Shown: piece after piece, positions 12,956 through 24,311 of the stretch
Layout: every line of letters begins with the position of its first letter
How positions within the stretch are numbered: position 1 is the first letter of the stretch
Assembly (NCBI RefSeq): GCF_006345805.1
Contig: NC_043012.1
Location: 33,914,001 to 33,978,000, forward strand
Direction: 5' to 3'
Length of the DNA stretch: 64,000 nt
Source of the DNA: Octopus sinensis
Taxonomy: Eukaryota
The notes under the pieces: generated by a model
The model's database searches: none
What the model was told of the DNA's origin: nothing
The model's input: the letters and a program-made list of their open reading frames with translations, nothing else
Program-made: the position numbers and the translations under genes

Positions 12956-13081
12956 GCAAGATTTACAACCATTTACAAGACACAACACCCAACTAAAGAA
13001 CCTATTAAAAACTGCATAGATTCAGCTGTGATGGGGAAATATGCGATTAAAGAAAATCTGCCGGAGCTACTTTGAGAAAAG
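12956..13081 (+). CDS. Candidate first coding exon of the SMYD gene (ATG 13041: MRLKKICRSYFEKR)
   Basis: Unique sequence; ttatcctttgcag acceptor and AAG|gtaaat donor; ends in phase 2, matching exon 44979; ICRSYFEK resembles the CxxC+ segment preceding MYND. It lies 32 kb away. Confidence 0.4.
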
Positions 13082-13104
13082 GTAAATTAAAACTTAAAAT
13101 AACA

Positions 13105-13400
13105 AATTAGATTCTGGCTGTGAATTGGAAGAGAATCTGAGGAGAAGCAGCCATTTAAGTAGTTAGGAATAGATAAAAAGGATAAAACCTAGAATTGAAG
13201 GAGAGCATTGAGAGAAGGTTCTACAGAACAGTCTAGACTAATATTAAATACAAAATTGAATGCCAGAAATAAGATTATAGGTATAAATACACCAGTCGAT
13301 GGACAGTTACATGCACAGCTTCTGTAAAATAAATTGGAAGTCAACTCAAGAAGTTAGAAATAAAAGCCAGGAAACTAATCACTGTGTTTCGGAATCACTG
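13105..13400 (+). pseudogene. R4/Dong-clade retrotransposon relic (RT C-terminal/thumb region)
   Basis: RLILNTKLNARNKIIGINT matches the LxSKLNxxNKIxAINT motif of R4/Dong elements; flanks degenerate. Confidence 0.7.
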
Positions 13401-13819
13401 AAGTTGGTATGAGTAAGATTATAGTAAATTTGAATGGAAGATGGGTCTGGTACAAATAGAAAAGTATTTCAAAGGAACCGCAGTGGGTCTAGGTAAATAG
13501 AAGCAATCAAAGGTAGACTGACTAATGTAATATATTATCATCATCATCATCGTCATCCTGAACTGAATCAAAGTAAACTTTTCCTTCTATATAAGGAAAT
13601 AATAAAGTATAAACGTATGTCTAATTACAGCCAGGAAAAGGTTTAAAAAGGAGTAAAAAGTAAGGAAAAAAAAAGAATGAAATTAACGTATAACACAAAA
13701 TATAGCCAAAAGGGAGAAAGAAGAATTTGAAGAGAAAAAGAATCTCTTGATTCTTCATATCCTGCAAGATTGAGCAAAAAGGAAGTGAGCCACATCTGCA
13801 AAGTCACAATGACTTTAGT

Positions 13820-13901
<82 letters not shown>

Positions 13902-14606
13902 ATATATGAATTAAAGACCAAAATGGAAGCTTTGCCTTTACTTCCACAACATCAATATGTTGCCACAAAAACTTACGACATTAATTAAATGTGAAACGAA
14001 TGTAGTTTTCTGAATTTTCTGCCTAAGCGCTGATGTTCACTTCCAAAATGTCAAAGCTGTAGTGTACAACTGGGCACCAACTACTGCAGTTCAGATTTGG
14101 GTATTGGCTACCAAATATCTTTTTAGACCCATCATCTTATTTCGAATTTTTGACTTTCAGTTTTTAAAAATTAGTCTGACTCTTCTTCATTTTTTTATGG
14201 AGGAATTTTATATTTAACTAATTTAATTAGCTCCAAAATATTTCTTCTGTTCTTTAATTCAATGTGTAAATCTATTACTATTTTTTTTGTTGTTGTTTCC
14301 ATTTCTTCCCGACTGTCTTCCCAACACCTAGGGCAAAGAAACTCGCTGTACACATTGATAGGCCATTAAGATAAACAGGTAGAGCCTGGTGCAGCCTCCT
14401 GGCTTTCCAGACCCCGGTCAAACCATCCAACCCATGCTAGCACTGAAAACGGACGTTAAACGATGATGATGATGATGTGGCCATAAATTACCTTCGCAAT
14501 TTGAAAAATTCAGAAAAAACATTGAAAAATAAGGGTAACTCAGCAGAGTTTATTGGAAAAAAAAGTAGGCAAGTAAAGTTTTATGAGAAACATCAGAACA
14601 CTTTAA

Positions 14607-14818
14607 CCCTTTCGTTACTCTATTTATTTTGAGATGCTCTGTGTTTCTTTCAGTTAATTTTAAATATAACAAAGAATTTAGTAAAATAACTTCGTTATCA
14701 TTCAGCTAGTGTTAGGAACATAAATTGTGACTAAGGTTTGGTGGAAGATTTTAATTCAGAACTTTTGAAAACAAGACATTTGTACTACAGAGCCAGAGCC
14801 GGGTTGGTAACGAAAGGG
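14607..14818. mobile_element. piggyBac-like MITE
   Basis: TTAA on both sides; TIR ccctttcgttac / gtaacgaaaggg. Confidence 0.85.
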
Positions 14819-15536
14819 TTAATGTGGGTTCCTCCGTTCATTGCAAAGGTTGATGGATGGATTTCAGCTTTAATAGATACAATAAATTGTAAATATAATT
14901 TATGAATCCCCTATTGTTCAAGATGCTTTCATGCAGAAGGATCAGGATTTTGTAATGCCTTTCATCACAGGTCGGCTGAGTCAGGCTGACCTGGGCTAAA
15001 TTACAACTCGGAATTCTAAATATTTGTCTGTCTGTCTGTCTCTCTGTCTGTGTGCGTGTGTAATACACACCAATCTGGACCATGCTAAAAAAGATGATAA
15101 TGACATATTTATACATAATCAATATGTGTGAATGTTCATATGTGTGTGTGTGCACTCACACGCATACACATGATATAGATAATGTAATGATAAAGTAAAT
15201 GTGTGTGTTTGTATGTGAGGGTGCGTGTATATTATCATCACTTTAACATCCACTTTTCCATGCTTGCATGAGTTGGATAGTTTATTGAGGTAGATTTTAT
15301 TTTTTATTATGACTGGATGCTTTCTTGTTGCCATCTCTCACCTGTTTCCAGGTAAGATAATATTATCCCATAACCAAACATGGTTTCTCAGAATATTGAA
15401 AATGAATGACACCGCTTGTATGACAGTGACACTCCTTTACTTGATATCTATACATGGAAACAGAAACATGTTCACACATCACACACACACAATGTGTGTG
15501 TGTGTGCGTGTGTGTGTATATATATATGAAAGAAGG

Positions 15537-16372
15537 CAGAAAATGGAGAAATATTAATGAACAACAATTGACTTACTTCAATTATCATTTATTAATTCAA
15601 TACAAATAGACTGCATCCCATCTAACAGCTGTTTCTGCTTCCAATTGTTGTGTGGTATTGCCATTGATATGCTCATTACCAACGTCACCTTACTGGCACC
15701 TGTGCCAGTGGCATGTGCAAAAGATTCGAGCATGGCCATTGCCAGTACCACCTGACTGGCCCCCATGCCGGTGACACGTAAAAGCACCCACTACACTCTT
15801 GGAGTGGTTGGCGTTAGGAAGGGCATCCAGCTGTAGAAACTCTGCCAGATCAAGATTGGAGCCTGGTGCAGCCATCTGATTCGCCAACCCTCAGTCAAAA
15901 TCATCCAACCCATGCTAGCATGGAAAACGGACGTTAAACGATGATGACGATGCTAAAGATATTTATCATAGTTGGTAATGAAACCGATTGGAAACAAGGA
16001 GCTTCAACAGAGTGAAGAATAGATGAAAAAGAAGAGCCTGGAGAAGAAAAAGGAAAAGTTGAATAGGGTTGTAATCATACCGTTTTGCTTGTGTGTCTTT
16101 TTGGAATCTTAATGTCACAAGCAAAATGGTACGATTACAACCCTATTCAACTTTTCCTTTTTTTTATCTATTCTTCACTCTGATGAAGCTCCATGTTTCA
16201 GATCGGTTTCATTACCAAATATGATAATTATCTTTAGCATATCAATGGCAACACCATACAACAATTGGAAGCAGAAACAGCTGTTAGATGGGATGCAGTC
16301 TATTTATATTGAATTAATAAATGATAATTGAAGTAAGTCAATTGTTGTTCATTGATATTTCTCCATTTCCTG
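15537..16372. mobile_element. Foldback (palindromic) element interrupted by an RTE 3'-UTR insertion (15673-15952)
   Basis: Arms 15537-15672 plus 15953-16092 pair with 16118-16372; the insertion is flanked by atgct. Confidence 0.85.
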
Positions 16373-16660
16373 TTTTCTTTAAATTTTGATTCTTGATAAA
16401 CTCATGTTTATCCTTGTTTTATGAGCATAATATGCCTGCATATGTATGCCCAGGGTTAAACATAGGTAAGATACTGGTAGTATAATGGATACTTCTGTCC
16501 CTTAGATGGTTTTTTTAACCTCTTATATAAATGTGTGTGTGCACTAGCATAGCTAGAATGTGTGCCGCCCAGGGCAGGCTTTCCATTTGCTGCCCCCAGA
16601 CCCCACAAAAAACACATATTGCCTACAGCAGACCCAAAAGTGCTGTCCCCCACCACTAGC

Positions 16661-16693
<33 letters not shown>

Positions 16694-18504
16694 ATACACA
16701 AACACATATGATGGGCCTCTTTCAGTTTCTTTCTATCTAATTCACTCACAAGGTTTTTGCTGGCCTAGTGCCCTAGTAGAAGACACTTACCCTGGGTGCC
16801 ATGCAGTGGGCCAGATCCTGAAACCACATGGTTGCAAAGCGAACTTCTTAACCACACAGCCACACCCATAACTATATACGTGTGTGTGTGTGTGTAAGAG
16901 AGAGAGAGAATATGATGTAATGATAAGTAAATGTGTGTGCGTGTGTGTGACATAATTGCTGACCATGGGAGTACTACAGATGTTGGTTAAAGATTGAGGA
17001 GCAGACACAGCGGTTCTAAATTTAGACTAACTTTGAAACTATTTTCTAAGTTGGGGAAAAAGGAAAAAAAAAGCTATAAACAAAAAAAAAAAATTTATCA
17101 CAAGTCTCGTGAAAATTTGTTTTTAATTTTCATTGCTATCATGAAACTAATTCCAGACATTGATAACGATTGTGAACCACATAGTGTCTTGTATTGTGCA
17201 TTCTTTTCCTCTGACTGAGAACACTTTCCTCCCTCGCCCTCCCATCTGGACTAAGTCTTTTACTTGCACTCAATGTATTGTATCTGTATCAAACTAGAGG
17301 AGTTGTGTGACAAGAGTCAAACATGTCAGACTGAGATTAATCATAGCATCCACTACACAGCACGTGAGCTAAACTGCTTTATGTGTTTAATCAGTTGAAA
17401 AGAATGGACTATAAACTGCATGGTCACAAGTTCAAATCTCACTATGGTCATTGTATTGTGTTAGAGAGCCCCTGTTAAGATATCTAAGCCTGCTTGCTCC
17501 AGAGTGTCTGACTGAACAATGATGATAATATAAATAGGTTTTGATTTATATTGAAAGGTTAGTCATGGATGGAAGACCATTGCACTATAAATGACATAAA
17601 TGATCTTACAAGACAATATCAGAGGCACTACTTGGCTATTCAACCTGCTAAAAATAGCAGCAAAATTTATCTCAAATCATACTTTTCCTAAAGAAAAAAG
17701 TAAGGACATACTTGATAATATAGTTCTAGTTACACTCTGCCAGAGAGAAAAGTGATTGTCATGGTTGGAATGACTGATCATAGGTCTGCTTGGTCAAGCT
17801 CAGTTTCATGCTAAACAACATTTTTAGTCAACAATGGAGCTTGTATAGGATCAGTTAATCTTTTAGAAATCGCAGCCAAATCTCTCTCAAATCACATTCT
17901 GCTGTGTTAAAATAAGATGACTGAAATGTCTTTGATCTGTTCAAGCAAAACTGACTTAATGTCAACAACCTGAGTCTTAAATGCAGGGGAAATTATGAGC
18001 CTGAGAATCTGAGTTGGGAACCTAGGGAGAATAAACACCTCACCTCCAACACAGCTAAAAAAACCCTGTATACCCACCAGCTCAACCCACCACCCAAGCT
18101 CTTTACCCACTATCTTTATCTAACCTTTCCACCCATTACCTCCATGAAACACCCCCCGACACCACCACCACCTAACACTCCCACCAGTCACCTCTACCCA
18201 TTGGAGGTGAGTCATGGAAGTGATGGATCGGGGTGTCCACACCTCATCCCAGCACCTCTACCCTACACCACCACCCAACACCTCCATCCAACACATCCAC
18301 CCGACACCTCCACCCTGCCTCTCTGACACAATTCACTGGACCAACCACAAGGACTGCATTAACCTATGTTTTCTATTTTCTTAGTAAGACAATAAGGTTG
18401 ATTTGAGGAATATCCAGTTGCAGGTGGAATGACACTATAAGGGACAGGATCTGTCCTATATTTTTTCCCCAGAGACATCAGTGTCACTAACAGGAAAAGT
18501 CATA

Positions 18505-18705
18505 CCTATTTCTTTACTATCAACAAGGGGCTAAACACAGAAGGGACAAACAGATTAAGTCGATTACATCGACCCTAGTGTGTAACTGGTATTTATTTAA
18601 TCGACCCCGAAAGGATGAAAGGCAAATTTGAACTCAGAACTTAGCGGCAGACGAAATACTGCTAAGCATTTCGCCCAGCATGCTAATGTTTCTGCCAGTT
18701 CGCTG
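18505..18705 (-). mobile_element. SINE family A
   Basis: Reverse complement of the family consensus with a small deletion. Confidence 0.8.
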
Positions 18706-18899
18706 CCATGGAGAAGTCATACCAGGGGTACTGTCCCTCCATCTCTGAATCATCATCGACATTTAACATCCATTTTCCATGATGGCATGGGTTGGACAAT
18801 TTGACAGGAACCATCAAAGCCAGGGGCTGCACCAGGTACTATACAAGGTGGTTGGCATTAGGAAGGGTATCCAGCCATAGAAGCCAAGCCAAAACAGGC

Positions 18900-19255
18900 G
18901 TTATCTTTTACTTGTTTCAATTGTTTGACTGCAGCCATACTAGGGCACCGCCTTGAAGGGTTTTAGTCAAACAAATTGGTTCTGGGATTTATTTCTTAAA
19001 GCCTAGTATTTATCTTACCAAACTCTTTTGTCAAACCACTTGGTTACAGAGGATGTAAACATAACACGACTAGTTGTCAAGCGGTGATGGGGATGAACAC
19101 AGACCCAATGTATACAACAGGCTTCTTTCAGTTTCCACATACCAGATCCATTCACAAGGCTTTAGTCAGCCTAAGGCTAGAGCAGAAGACACTTGCCCAA
19201 GGTGCCACACAGTGGGACTGAACTTCGAACCATGTGGTTTAGAAGCAAGCTTCTT
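18900..19255 (-). mobile_element. SINE family B, degenerate
   Basis: tttacttgtttca...gactgcagccat, cacaaggcttt, gtgccacacagtgggactgaac motifs. Confidence 0.75.
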
Positions 19256-19697
19256 TTATTCATTCAATTGGCCACAAGGGCCTTTCAAAGAAAAGAAGCT
19301 GCTGGCTGGACGTGGACATAATGAGATGAAATGATTGATGATATGATAATAATGAGGGCAACAGCAACGCCCACCGATTGCTGTTGACCCGAGCACATTG
19401 TTCTTTATAAATACATATTTGAGGTAACAAACCTCTTACATAACAAAGCATAAAGGAGGCAATAAACCTCTTACAAGAAAGCCATTGTGAGGCAGTGAAC
19501 CTCTTACACAAGTCAAAAAGCAATAAATCAATACAAATGTGGCACCAAGCCTCTTACTTTTAATTCATTATAAGTCTTCTAACCCGACTTGACCTCTCGT
19601 CTTGGTCAAACACCTGGACGTTGTCAAGTTGGGCCGCTGGGGAAGGAGTTCATTATTCTGCACAGATCCGTCTCCCATATGACCTCGGCAGCCACCT

Positions 19698-19919
19698 ATT
19701 TCTTTACTGCCCATAAGAGGCTAAACATAGAGGGGACAAACAAGGACAGACAAACGGATTAAGTCGATTACATCGACCCCAGTGCATAACTGGTACTTAA
19801 TTTATCAACTCCGAAAGGATGAAAGGCAAAGTAGACCTCAGTGGAATTTGAACTTGTAACGTAACAGACGAAATACGGCTACACATTTCGCCCGGCGCGC
19901 TAACGTTTCTGCCAGCTCT
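19698..19919 (-). mobile_element. SINE family A with TSD ccacct
   Basis: ccacct at 19692-97 and 19920-25. Confidence 0.85.
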
Positions 19920-20334
19920 CCACCTGTGAAGGCCAGTCAGGGTTCTCCGTGCAGGACAGAATCCCCTCCCTTTGGCCTTTCCTTTTAAATTTCTTGATGA
20001 AGTTTTCTATTGTCCCTCCCTTATGGAAGAGGACCACAAGCTCCTCCTCTACAGCATGGGAGAGATATACAGTCTCTACCTTTGGTGGCACAATTCCCAC
20101 GGAAGGTACTTCGGGACACGCCTGCAGTGTATCACAAACCGCCGGCAACGTCCCATTTTTCTAACCCCACAGCTTTGCCTGCACCTGGGAATATTTTATA
20201 AAAGAAGAAAAAAAAACTGAAATTGATTTTATCAGTAACTGAACAACTGTGTGTTGTTTAGCCCCAGATCAGCTCAGATCATGCAGACCTATGATCAAAT
20301 ACATTCCATCTTTGACCATCCTGTCATTTTATAT

Positions 20335-20730
20335 ATATGTAGCTTGCTAACCAACCGCATGGTTCCGGGTTCAGTCCCACTGCGTGGCATCTTGGGCAAG
20401 TGTCTTCTGCTATAGCCCCAGGCCGACCAATGCCTTGTGAGTGAATTTGGTAGACGGAAACTGAAAGAGAAGCCTGTTGTATATATGTATATACATATAT
20501 ATATGTGCGTGTGTGTGTGTTTGTGTGTCTGTGTTTGTCCCCCTAGCATTGCTTGACAACCGATGCTGGTGTGTTTACGTCCCCGTCACTTAACGGTTCG
20601 GCAAAAGAGACCGATAGAATAAGTACTGGGCTTACAAAGAATAAGTCCCGGGGTCGATTTGCTCGACTAAAGGCGGTGCTCCAGCATGGCCGCAGTCAAA
20701 TGACTGAAACAAGTAAAAAGAGTAAAAAAA
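20335..20730 (+). mobile_element. SINE family B, well preserved
   Basis: ggttccgggttcagtccc B-box-like head; internal microsatellite; gtaaaaagag tail. Confidence 0.9.
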
Positions 20731-21099
20731 AAGATATCAGTATTCACATTATCCAATGAGTAAATTTTTTTTGGGTGGTTGTGATTTGGAGGAAGTCTGG
20801 CTGCTGTTTCTAACCTTGAGATCGAGTAAACTTTCCATCAAAGACATTCTATCCGTGACCGTCAAGACATATAATTACATACCTGGGATTACATTATTTA
20901 ATATGCCCTCCTTTTTTTCCTAATATAATTTCAGGAGAATTTGGTTGCTCTTTCTAACTGGCCGGGCGACCACGTAGAGGGTCTTCTCGTTGACACGATG
21001 TTTATTTTAACAGTTATTTATTTTATTGTGTGTGTTTATTTTCTTTGCCTCTTGATGTAATCAACATGGAGTGTGTGTTATCAAGCCAAGTACTTCGTC

Positions 21100-21544
21100 G
21101 TTGTTATTATTAATTAAATTGCGGGGTGGGGGGGCGGGGGACGTTGTACGTAAGTTACACATGAAACAATGTTAAAGTTGAAGATACATCAGAGAGGTGG
21201 GGAGGGGGAAAGTGTGTCAAAGAGATATGTTCGCTTCAAATGAGAGAGGGGGGGGAACAGAGGAGAGAGAGAGAGAAAGAGACAGCGAGAGAGAGAGAGA
21301 AAAAAAGAGACGGCGAGAGAGAGAGAGAGAAAGAGAGGTGCCTAAAATAACGTTTCTATTTGACGTCATTTCTGATTGAACTGATGAGAGACAAATGAAG
21401 AAATCTGATAGCAAACCATTCCAGTGGCTGGTTCTGGTGGGTTTTTACCGGTTGGTGTGTGCGTAAGAAAGGGTTGGCGGCGGCGGCGTGAGGGATGACT
21501 GTCGTCCTTCAAATTGAGTTTTTGTGGATGAAAGTGTGTATGTA

Positions 21545-21589
<45 letters not shown>

Positions 21590-21660
21590 ACGGGATGACT
21601 GTTGTTAAACGCCAGGTTTAACTCTATTAAACCGAGATAATTTTAGGTCTGACAGCAACA
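21100..21660. promoter_or_regulatory. Possible promoter or enhancer island
   Basis: Local CpG/GC enrichment, (GA)n tracts, perfect CRE TGACGTCA at 21361-68, ggcggcggcggcg. Motif evidence only. Confidence 0.3.
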
Positions 21661-21711
21661 TGTCACCTGTTGGCTTTATAGACCAGATCTACTCCATAAT
21701 GTCATTACCTA

Positions 21712-22085
21712 TCTCTATATATAAACGGCAAAATGTCTGTCTCTGTGTGTGTGTGTGTGTCCTTTATACAAATCCACAATTTTTCAGTTAGAGGGCTTGC
21801 ACTTTCTATGGTCATTCAAAACCGTCCAAGGGTGGTCGTGCACATCTTTACATTTCCCCAGTCAGCCAGCAAAGCCATTAAAAAATCATTAGAAGTTACT
21901 TTTTTGTGAATTTTCTATCCAAAACCCAATCAAAATGCCCGAAACTTGATACGCCAATTGAATGCCAGCTAGCTGTATGTGGTTGGTCGGAGATTTGGAC
22001 AGTACTCGCGTGTATGTGTGCACGCACGCAGCTGTATATGCATGCATTAGCACTATGACCCGGCGTTGCCAGGTCATAGTGCTAG
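21712..22085 (+). mobile_element. Non-autonomous Helitron, copy 1
   Basis: A|TC start, subterminal hairpin gcactatgacc..ggtcatagtgc, CTAG|T end, no TSD; second copy at 52928. Confidence 0.8.
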
Positions 22086-22429
22086 TAGCTTTTATACCAG
22101 ATCCACTCCATACTACTGCTATAGTTTGTCCAAAAATGTCTGCCCTGATTTTATTACAGTTATTTCACTTCCTTCATTTTATATTTTAAGCACACAAAAA
22201 GGGAGTTTCTGTTGATTAATTACTTGCATAATCACAGTTGCTTGAAGTTTATCAGTTTACTCTACCAAATATGTAAGATCTTACTATGTTGTATATTTAT
22301 ACTGCACTGACTGAAGGCCAATCTTGAACATGGAACCTTATGAGGGAGATGACAGAGGACTGAGGTATGTGCTGCAATGCTGTACTCGAGGAGACCCACC
22401 CATCACAGCAGAATTGAGATCCTAAAACC

Positions 22430-22635
22430 AAGGTGCTACAAAAAAAGCATTGGCATCGGTGCTGGTGCCACCTCTAATGATGGTGTCACATAAAAAGCAT
22501 CCAGCACACTCTGTGGAGTGGTCGGTATTAGGAAGAGCATCCAGTTGTAGAAAAAGCCAGAACAGACTAGGAAACCTAGGGGAGGCCCTGACCTTGCCGG
22601 GTCCTATCAAATCGTCCAACCCATACTAGCATGCC
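22430..22635 (+). mobile_element. RTE 3'-UTR fragment lacking its tail
   Basis: Family core ends abruptly at ...ctagcatg. Confidence 0.7.
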
Positions 22636-22764
22636 GTTGTTGTCGTTCCTCTTCTGCTGCTGCTGTCTGGCTCCGTTACGTGTCGTCGGCTGCGCAATTC
22701 AGGGCGGACGGGGCGCGGCTGTTGCAGCGCTTCGCAATGATGACGGTCTTCTATAAATCAAATC

Positions 22765-23543
22765 ACAAATGCTATTAGCACATCCCATGAGAAAGTTGAA
22801 GATATCCTGCCCAATGGACTTGGCATGATGAACAATTATGATTGGTGGGTTCCACGTCTTCTGATACCCAATCAAAAGCAGGCTGATCTTATCATAGGAA
22901 TATCTGACTTTGAGGTAAATCCAGCTGGTTTCTTTGAATGTTGGGGTTCATGACTTTGAGCCAGAGACAGACAATTCATGCAATTGAAAAACCCCTCCTC
23001 TCTTGCTCCAAGGTCGCGTTTCATCTGCAGAGAAGGTTGTTGACCTCAGCTTTTTGGAGGATGCAAAAAGGCATTGTGTTTATTGGCCATCTTCAAAAGG
23101 GTCAACCGTCAATGGAGTGTACTATGCCAGCTTACTGAGGCACTTACAAAAAGAAATCAAGACCAAATGCCCAGGAAAACTAATGAAAGGGGTCTTGTTT
23201 CACTGGGACAATGCTCCAGCACTCAACTCCTTCGTTTCAATGGCTGCTGTGTATGACTGTGGCCTTCCCTATTCTCCTGATTTGGCTCCATCTGACTATC
23301 ATCCATCTCCCAACAGGAAAAACACACTCGGCTGAGAAGTAACATCACAATGACGATGACATCATATCTGCTGTTGATGACTTTTTCAAGCAACAGGATG
23401 AAAGCTCCTTCAACAATGGTGTCCAAGTACTGCAACACCGACGGAAGAAGTGTGTGGGTCTCAAGGGAGACTATGTTGAATAATAACCTTCATTTAGTCA
23501 CATTCCATGAGAGAGTATCTTGGTCAGCTTATGATCCTCGTAG
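22765..23543 (+). mobile_element. Degenerate mariner (DD34D) transposase relic
   Basis: STVNGVYYASLL..GVLFHWDNAPA..PYSPDLAPSDYH; WVP-like linker upstream. Confidence 0.9.
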
Positions 23544-23859
23544 CTTTGAGAGAGAGATGACCTCCAACAATGCTGCCCACACACAAATGACAAGTCAAAG
23601 AAGTATTTACTAAGTTGGTCGACTTGTTATAAGTAGCAGTTAAATGACACTCGAATCACAGTCCATTGTATTAAAAAGTGAAGCACACCAGCAATGCAGT
23701 ATCAGATGAAGTATAAAAATTAAAAAAAGACAGGATGGTCACAACGGGAAACTTAAGCTCTTAGATCCAAAGATTAGGGCTGATTGTGACTGACTTGGGC
23801 CTAAGCAACAACAACAATAACAAGAATCAGCCATTAACTGAGCAGTGAAGATGTGTGTA

Positions 23860-23896
<37 letters not shown>

Positions 23897-24278
23897 AAAT
23901 ATTCTGTCTCTTCGCAGGATTCAGTTGTGAAGATGGGGGTAGAGAATTGGGTGTGATGGAAATAAATTTATTTGCTATTTGAGGATATTGGTAAAAAGTA
24001 TGAAAGTGACATTAATTTAAGGCAATTTAAATAATTAAATCATGGCCATTATCATCATCATCATCATCTTTTTAACATCCGTTTTTCCACGCTTGCATGG
24101 GTCGGGCTGAATGAGTTGAGGCAGATTTTCTATGGTTGGATGTCTTTTGTCACCTTCACCTGTTTTCCAAGTCAGATAATATTTCCCTCGTGACCAAACA
24201 AACATGTTTTCACAGAATACTCCATTATGATAACACTTGTTGACAACTGTCACATGTTATTGAATCAAGGAGACAGCA

Positions 24279-24310
<32 letters not shown>

Positions 24311-24311
<1 letters not shown>

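Noticed and set aside
19421-19557. CRISPR array
   Set aside because: Eukaryotic intron-rich context, 19-bp repeats variable in the middle, spacers too short and uneven, no cas genes. Kept only as a hairpin-repeat finding.
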